Source of the DNA: Promethearchaeota archaeon
Lineage (GTDB): Archaea; Asgardarchaeota; Lokiarchaeia; Sigyniarchaeales; SOKP01
Assembly: GCA_029838195.1 (NCBI GenBank)
Contig: JALGVJ010000031.1
Span: 1-64,000 of the forward strand
DNA length: 64,000 bases
Direction: 5' to 3'
Shown here in pieces: positions 59,001 through 64,000 of this stretch. Position numbers and translations under genes: made by a program. The notes under the pieces are model-generated. The model saw nothing but the letters and a program-made list of their open reading frames with translations. It did no database searches and was not told the origin of the DNA. Positions within the stretch are counted from its first letter, which is position 1, and each line of letters begins with the position of its first letter.

Positions 59001-60440
59001 TTAATCGTGCAATATGGGTCTTCTAGCGGCCAAAACAGCATCAAGACGGCCAATAGGAGTATCATGAGGGGCTGTTTTTACGATTTCAGGATTTTCCCGA
59101 CATTCTTCATGGATTTTGTTCATTACAAAAATGAAATGATCTAATGAATCCTTCGATTCTGTTTCCGTGGGCTCGATCATTAAAGCTCCAGATACAATTA
59201 AAGGGAAATAAATTGTTGGTCCATAAATGCCGTAATCCAAAATTCGCTTAGCAATATCTTCCGTGGTAATACCATTTGGTACGTCCTTATCAGAAAGCAC
59301 GAATTCATGCATACACCAACGATCATAAGGAAGATGATATTTTTCTTTTAATTTAATTCTAAGATAATTCGCATTTAAAACCGAAATTTCTGCCACGCGT
59401 TTCAAACCGTCCGCACCTAAAGCTCGTATGTATGAAAAGGCCCTTACTAAAATGCCAAAATTTCCCCAAAAACTCCTTATTCTCCCAATACTCATGGTTG
59501 AGGATTTATCACGGGTAAACCTTCCCTTCCGGGCAATAATGCTCGGCTCAGGTAAAAAGGGTAATAATTTTTTCTTTACCCCGATGGGACCTGCTCCGGG
59601 GCCACCACCACCATGAGGCGTCGAGAAGGTTTTATGAAGATTTAAATGAACGATATCAAAGCCCATGTCTCCGGGTCTGCATTTTCCAAGTATGGGATTT
59701 AGGTTAGCTCCATCATAGTAACATAATCCTCCATTGTCATGGACGATTTTAGTAATCGTTTCAATGTTTCTATCAAATAATCCCAACGTGTTAGGATTTG
59801 TTAACATGAGTCCCGCAACATCACCTTCTTCCATGGCAAATTCGAGTTTGTCTAATGGGATTTCTCCTTCTGGGGTGGATTGGAGTTCGATGATGGAAAA
59901 ACCAGCCAGTTTCGCTGAGGCGGGATTCGTCCCATGAGCAGAATCCGGAATGAGAATTTTATTCTTGATTCTATTTTCTTGTTCAAAGTATTTTTTAATA
60001 ATTAATAATCCCGTTAATTCACCATGAGCCCCCGCAGCGGGTTGAAGCGTAAATGCATCCATTCCTGTTATTTCTTCTAAAAATCTCGATAACAGATTCA
60101 TGAGTTCAAGACATCCTTGGTTTTCTTCTTGAAGCGGATGTATTTGACAAAATCCCGAAAGACGTGAGATTTTTTCATTAATTTTAGGGTTGTATTTCAT
60201 GGTGCATGATCCTAAAGGATAAATCCCGAAATCCACTCCATAATTGTCATGACTTAGGTTAAAATAGTGTCGGACGATTTCAACTTCCGGTATATCAGGA
60301 ATGGGAATATCTTTTCTCTGTAAGGATTCTGGTAACAATTCATTTAACTCAGTAGGATCTATATCCAACCTCGCATTAAAATTGAGAGTTTTTAATTCCT
60401 TTTTCCCTTTTTCGAAAATTAATTTTTTTCCTTCACGCAT
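59001..60440 (-). CDS. gcvPB: Glycine dehydrogenase subunit 2
   Basis: 'PLGSCTMKYNP', 'SAHGTNPASA', 'HLNLHKTFSTPHGGGGPG'. Confidence 0.96.
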   Translation of the reverse strand: MREGKKLIFEKGKKELKTLNFNARLDIDPTELNELLPESLQRKDIPIPDIPEVEIVRHYFNLSHDNYGVDFGIYPLGSCTMKYNPKINEKISRLSGFCQIHPLQEENQGCLELMNLLSRFLEEITGMDAFTLQPAAGAHGELTGLLIIKKYFEQENRIKNKILIPDSAHGTNPASAKLAGFSIIELQSTPEGEIPLDKLEFAMEEGDVAGLMLTNPNTLGLFDRNIETITKIVHDNGGLCYYDGANLNPILGKCRPGDMGFDIVHLNLHKTFSTPHGGGGPGAGPIGVKKKLLPFLPEPSIIARKGRFTRDKSSTMSIGRIRSFWGNFGILVRAFSYIRALGADGLKRVAEISVLNANYLRIKLKEKYHLPYDRWCMHEFVLSDKDVPNGITTEDIAKRILDYGIYGPTIYFPLIVSGALMIEPTETESKDSLDHFIFVMNKIHEECRENPEIVKTAPHDTPIGRLDAVLAARRPILHD

Positions 60441-60457
60441 TCATATCCCTCCAAAAC

Positions 60458-61780
60458 TTATTGAGACAAATTTTTTGCTATGGTAAGAAATGTGTCAATG
60501 TTTTCCTTTGAATTTATCTCAGTGACACATGTTAACATTAAATCCTTTTTATCCGGATAATAATAAGATAAATCTAAGGGAGGCAGTAAATCGTATTCCT
60601 TGCATTGAGCTTTAAATTCTTCAACATTTGGGCATTTTACTACGAATTCATTGTAAATGGGCTTTTGATTGAGAACTTTAAATCCATTTATTTTGCTTAT
60701 CTTTTTTTTCACGTAATTAGCTTTTTGAATGTTCTGAATTGCCACTTCTCGCAATCCGGTGCCTCCTAATGATACAATATATATTAAAGACGCCAAGGCA
60801 CATAATGCTTGATTCGTGCAGATATTTGAAGTAGCCTTTTCTCTGCGCACGTGCTGTTCCCTCGCCTGTAAGGTCAAGATATACCCAATTTTATTTCCGT
60901 TTATTTCACGTGTTTGTCCCACCAATCTTCCCGGAATCTTACGTAGATATTTATTTTTAGTAGTAAAAATTCCCAAACCCGGACCACCAAAGGATGGGGG
61001 AAGTCCAAGAGACTGCCCTTCTGCAACAAAAATATCAATGTCAGCATCACCGGGAGGAGTTAAAATTCCCAAACACGTGGGATCTGTCATCGTTTGAATG
61101 ATTAAACACCCTGATTTCTTTTTTCTAATACGTCCTACAAATTCTTTAATATTCTCTACCTCGCCATAAAAATTGGGGCTTTGAAAAAGAACCGCCGCAG
61201 TCTTATCAGATAAAGAACTAAACAAGGAACTATCTGACACTATTTCGCAATTCATTCCATGGCCCCAACAATACGTTTTCACGACTTCAATGTATTCCGG
61301 ATGAATGCAATTATGAATGAGAATTTTGTTCCTTCCCGTAATATAACATGACATTATAGCTGCCTCAGCCAAAGCCATAGAACCATCATACGTACTAGCA
61401 TTGGATACTTCCATCTTAGTTAATCGTGAAATCGCTGATTGATATTCAAATAAAGCTTGTAAAAGGCCTTGACTTGCTTCTGCTTGATAGGGGGTGTAAG
61501 AGGTATAAAATTCAGAACGAGACACTATAAATTCAACTAAAGAGGGAATAAAATGATAATAGCACCCTGCTCCTAAAAACGAACCCGAATATACTTTATT
61601 CTTCTTAGAAAGCTGTTCCAATTCATTGAATAATTCCGGCTCCGAGATTCCACTTGGGAGGTTGAGTCCATTTATTCTTAAATTTCCAGGAATATCCTTA
61701 AATAGCTCTTCAATTGAATGAATTCCAATGGCTTTTAACATTTTTTCAATATCTTCATTATCATGAGGAATGAAATCCAT
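60458..61780 (-). CDS. gcvPA: Glycine dehydrogenase subunit 1
   Basis: 'YTPYQAEASQG', 'REQHVRREKATSNICTNQ'. Confidence 0.96.
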   Translation of the reverse strand: MDFIPHDNEDIEKMLKAIGIHSIEELFKDIPGNLRINGLNLPSGISEPELFNELEQLSKKNKVYSGSFLGAGCYYHFIPSLVEFIVSRSEFYTSYTPYQAEASQGLLQALFEYQSAISRLTKMEVSNASTYDGSMALAEAAIMSCYITGRNKILIHNCIHPEYIEVVKTYCWGHGMNCEIVSDSSLFSSLSDKTAAVLFQSPNFYGEVENIKEFVGRIRKKKSGCLIIQTMTDPTCLGILTPPGDADIDIFVAEGQSLGLPPSFGGPGLGIFTTKNKYLRKIPGRLVGQTREINGNKIGYILTLQAREQHVRREKATSNICTNQALCALASLIYIVSLGGTGLREVAIQNIQKANYVKKKISKINGFKVLNQKPIYNEFVVKCPNVEEFKAQCKEYDLLPPLDLSYYYPDKKDLMLTCVTEINSKENIDTFLTIAKNLSQ

Positions 61781-61831
61781 GTTAACTCCTCCTTCTTAAA
61801 AAAAATAAAAATAAAATTCTAATATTTAATT

Positions 61832-62233
61832 TTAATGTTCTTCCTTTTCAATAAGTTCAGAGTACTTTTCAGCCGTAAGTAATTCCTCAATCTCTAGAAG
61901 ATTGGATATTGCAATCCGAACAATCCATCCGTGTTCATAAGGAGAATTATTGATATATTCGGGATTCTCTTCTAAATCTTTATTTACTTCTAAAATCTCG
62001 CCCGTCAGAGGCATGAATAACTCCTCCACGGCTTTCACTGATTCTAATTCCGTTAACACATCTCCTTTTTTAAAAGTAGAACCTACTTGCGGCAATTCAA
62101 TGTATACTATGTCGCCTAACTGATATTGAGCATAATCAGTAATCCCTACAATAGCGATAGTTTTTTCATTAATTATTTTTGCCCATTCGTGGGTTTTTGC
62201 ATATTTTAAATCAGTTGGGATTTTATACTCCAT
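61832..62233 (-). CDS. gcvH: Glycine cleavage system H protein
   Basis: 'HEW', 'GITDYAQ..LGDIVY', lipoyl 'ESVKA'. The start is probably MEYKIP at 62233. Confidence 0.95.
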   Translation of the reverse strand: MEYKIPTDLKYAKTHEWAKIINEKTIAIVGITDYAQYQLGDIVYIELPQVGSTFKKGDVLTELESVKAVEELFMPLTGEILEVNKDLEENPEYINNSPYEHGWIVRIAISNLLEIEELLTAEKYSELIEKEEH

Positions 62234-62268
62234 TTTTTTTTTAACCTTCTTAGTTTTCAAGATATAAT

Positions 62269-63384
62269 TCATACATTACGATAAAATGGTGTTGGAACAA
62301 CTCTTGCTCTTAACAGCTTATCGCGAATGCTAACTTTTAGCTCTGTTCCTGTCTTGCTATATTCCGTTTTGATAAGGGCTAATCCAATGCTCTTTTTTAA
62401 TGTAGGAGAATACCCTCCTGAAGTTACGTATCCAATTTCGGTTCCATTTTCATGTACTTTATAATGTTCTCGTAGGATGCCCCGATCTAATAATGTGAGG
62501 CCAACAATAATTCGCGACGTTCCTTCTGATTTCTGCCTTAAGAGCACTTCTTTACCAATATAATCATTTCCTTCTTTCTCTTTTACTACCCATCCGATAT
62601 TTGCTTCAATCGGCGTAATATCCTCACTTATTTCATGTCCGTACAAGGAATAGCAGGCCTCTAAACGTAGTGTATCTCTTGCTCCTAAACCAATGGGACG
62701 TGCCCCTGTTTCCAGTAATAAGTCCCATGCTTTCTGTACTAACCGGGAACTAATGGATATTTCGAAACCCCGCTCACCCGTATACCCCGTTCGCGCTAAA
62801 AAAATAGGCATGCTCTCCAAATAACATTTAGCAAACTGGAACCTCTGCAATTTGGAAAGCTCGACGTCAACTAACGGTTGCAATAACTCATCGCTTTTTG
62901 GACCTTGAAATGCTAACCTAGAAAATTCTTGAGAAACATCGCATGTTTTTACATTAAATTTTTCTGCATGAGATGTGATCCAATTAAAATCTTTTACTCT
63001 ATTGCTTGCATTGACAATAATGCGAAATTTTTTAGAACTTTCCATGTAGTAAATGTTATCATCAACCACGCCCCCATGTTCATTGCACATGCAAGAGTAT
63101 TGACTCTTATTTACATCAATTAACCGTAAATCATTAGTCATGAGATATTGCAATAAATCGACCACGTGATCTCCTTTTAATTCAAATTCGCCCATATGCG
63201 AAATGTCAAATACGCCAGCATGCGAACGCACGCACTCGTGCTCCTTGATAATACTTTCATATTGGACAGGCATGTGCCATCCAGCAAAATTAATCATGCG
63301 TGCTCCTAATTGTACATGAGTATCATGTAAGGGCGTGGTTTTTAATCGATTTGTTGAATGTCGTGATTCCATGATACCATACAA
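62269..63384 (-). CDS. gcvT: Glycine cleavage aminomethyltransferase T
   Basis: 'FAGW.MPVQY', 'FDISHMG', 'RTGYTGE.GFE', 'GLGARDTLRLEA'. Confidence 0.96.
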   Translation of the reverse strand: MYGIMESRHSTNRLKTTPLHDTHVQLGARMINFAGWHMPVQYESIIKEHECVRSHAGVFDISHMGEFELKGDHVVDLLQYLMTNDLRLIDVNKSQYSCMCNEHGGVVDDNIYYMESSKKFRIIVNASNRVKDFNWITSHAEKFNVKTCDVSQEFSRLAFQGPKSDELLQPLVDVELSKLQRFQFAKCYLESMPIFLARTGYTGERGFEISISSRLVQKAWDLLLETGARPIGLGARDTLRLEACYSLYGHEISEDITPIEANIGWVVKEKEGNDYIGKEVLLRQKSEGTSRIIVGLTLLDRGILREHYKVHENGTEIGYVTSGGYSPTLKKSIGLALIKTEYSKTGTELKVSIRDKLLRARVVPTPFYRNV

Positions 63385-63644
63385 GAATCTTCTTTTCTAC
63401 CAGATAAAAAAAAAAAGAATCATTTAAATATTTGCATTTTTATAGGAATTATTTTAAAAGATACTGGAATTATTTGATATTTGTTGAAATAATTAAAGAT
63501 TATTAGGAGAAGATCATATTATCGGTAATAAGGTTAATATTTTTTCATGATCGACTTTTTTGGAGATCATACCAAAACATGACAATCAATTTGGATAAAA
63601 TTTAAATTAAATTCCATGTTTACACATTAAAATGGTGGTTTTAC

Positions 63645-64000
63645 ATGACGAAAATAGAAAAAGCCCATGGTAATATTCAAGAAAAATTAGCCCGCCGCAG
63701 CTTCCTAGATGAAACGGACATGAGAATCCTCAACTTGCTTCAGAATGACGCTAGAATGCCCTTAAATGAGATAGCTAAAAGATTATCTAACGAAGTAAGC
63801 AAGATTTCTAAATCCACCGTGCATTACCGCATTAAGCGATTGGAAGAAGAAGGCGTCATTAAAGGATATTATGCTAAAGTAGATCCCTCAAAAATTGGTG
63901 AAGATATCACTATTGTTGTTAATATTCGAGCAAAATTCGGGAAAGGCTATCATGAGCGAATAGGAAAAAAATTATCCAAAATCCCTGGTGTATGGGCTGT
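63645..64000 (+). CDS. Lrp/AsnC family transcriptional regulator (runs off the window end)
   Basis: Manual translation gives MTKIEK...LDETDMRILNLLQNDARMPLNEIAKRL...STVHYRIKRLEEEGVIKGYYAKVDPSKIG. It is absent from the ORF track because it lacks a stop. Confidence 0.92.
   Translation, partial: MTKIEKAHGNIQEKLARRSFLDETDMRILNLLQNDARMPLNEIAKRLSNEVSKISKSTVHYRIKRLEEEGVIKGYYAKVDPSKIGEDITIVVNIRAKFGKGYHERIGKKLSKIPGVWA

Overview
This AT-rich archaeal window is most consistent with an Asgard (Lokiarchaeia-like) genome. The inference rests on an orphan fwdA, a TFB paralog, an intron-containing tRNA-Cys, a eukaryote-type ubiquitin-like cascade and a Loki-style repeat protein. The main finding is a compact five-gene operon at 18258-22541: a ubiquitin-fold modifier, a Uba2/Uba3-like E1, a UBC-type E2, a JAMM/MPN+ isopeptidase and a multi-pass membrane RING-type E3. 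The modifier aligns almost without gaps to eukaryotic UFM1, including the single Gly plus a 2-residue pro-tail, and carries an acidic SUMO-like N-tail. Together this looks like a membrane-anchored, UFMylation/ERAD-like system. Other notable items are a hypervariable 10 x ~87-aa repeat protein bracketed by ~63-bp direct repeats, a second island bracketed by 58-bp direct repeats carrying a His-less corrinoid/methyltransferase fusion, and a CysRS with a quadruplicated anticodon-binding module directly downstream of tRNA-Cys. There are also gene-converted tandem sulfatases, a HEPN-MNT module next to a truncated trmO, and several pseudogenes. The rest is heterotrophic metabolism: acyl-CoA ligases, Liv ABC transporter, MFS transporters, GH2, C45 hydrolases and the glycine cleavage operon with a divergent Lrp. 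All homology calls come from motif recognition by eye; no database search was run.
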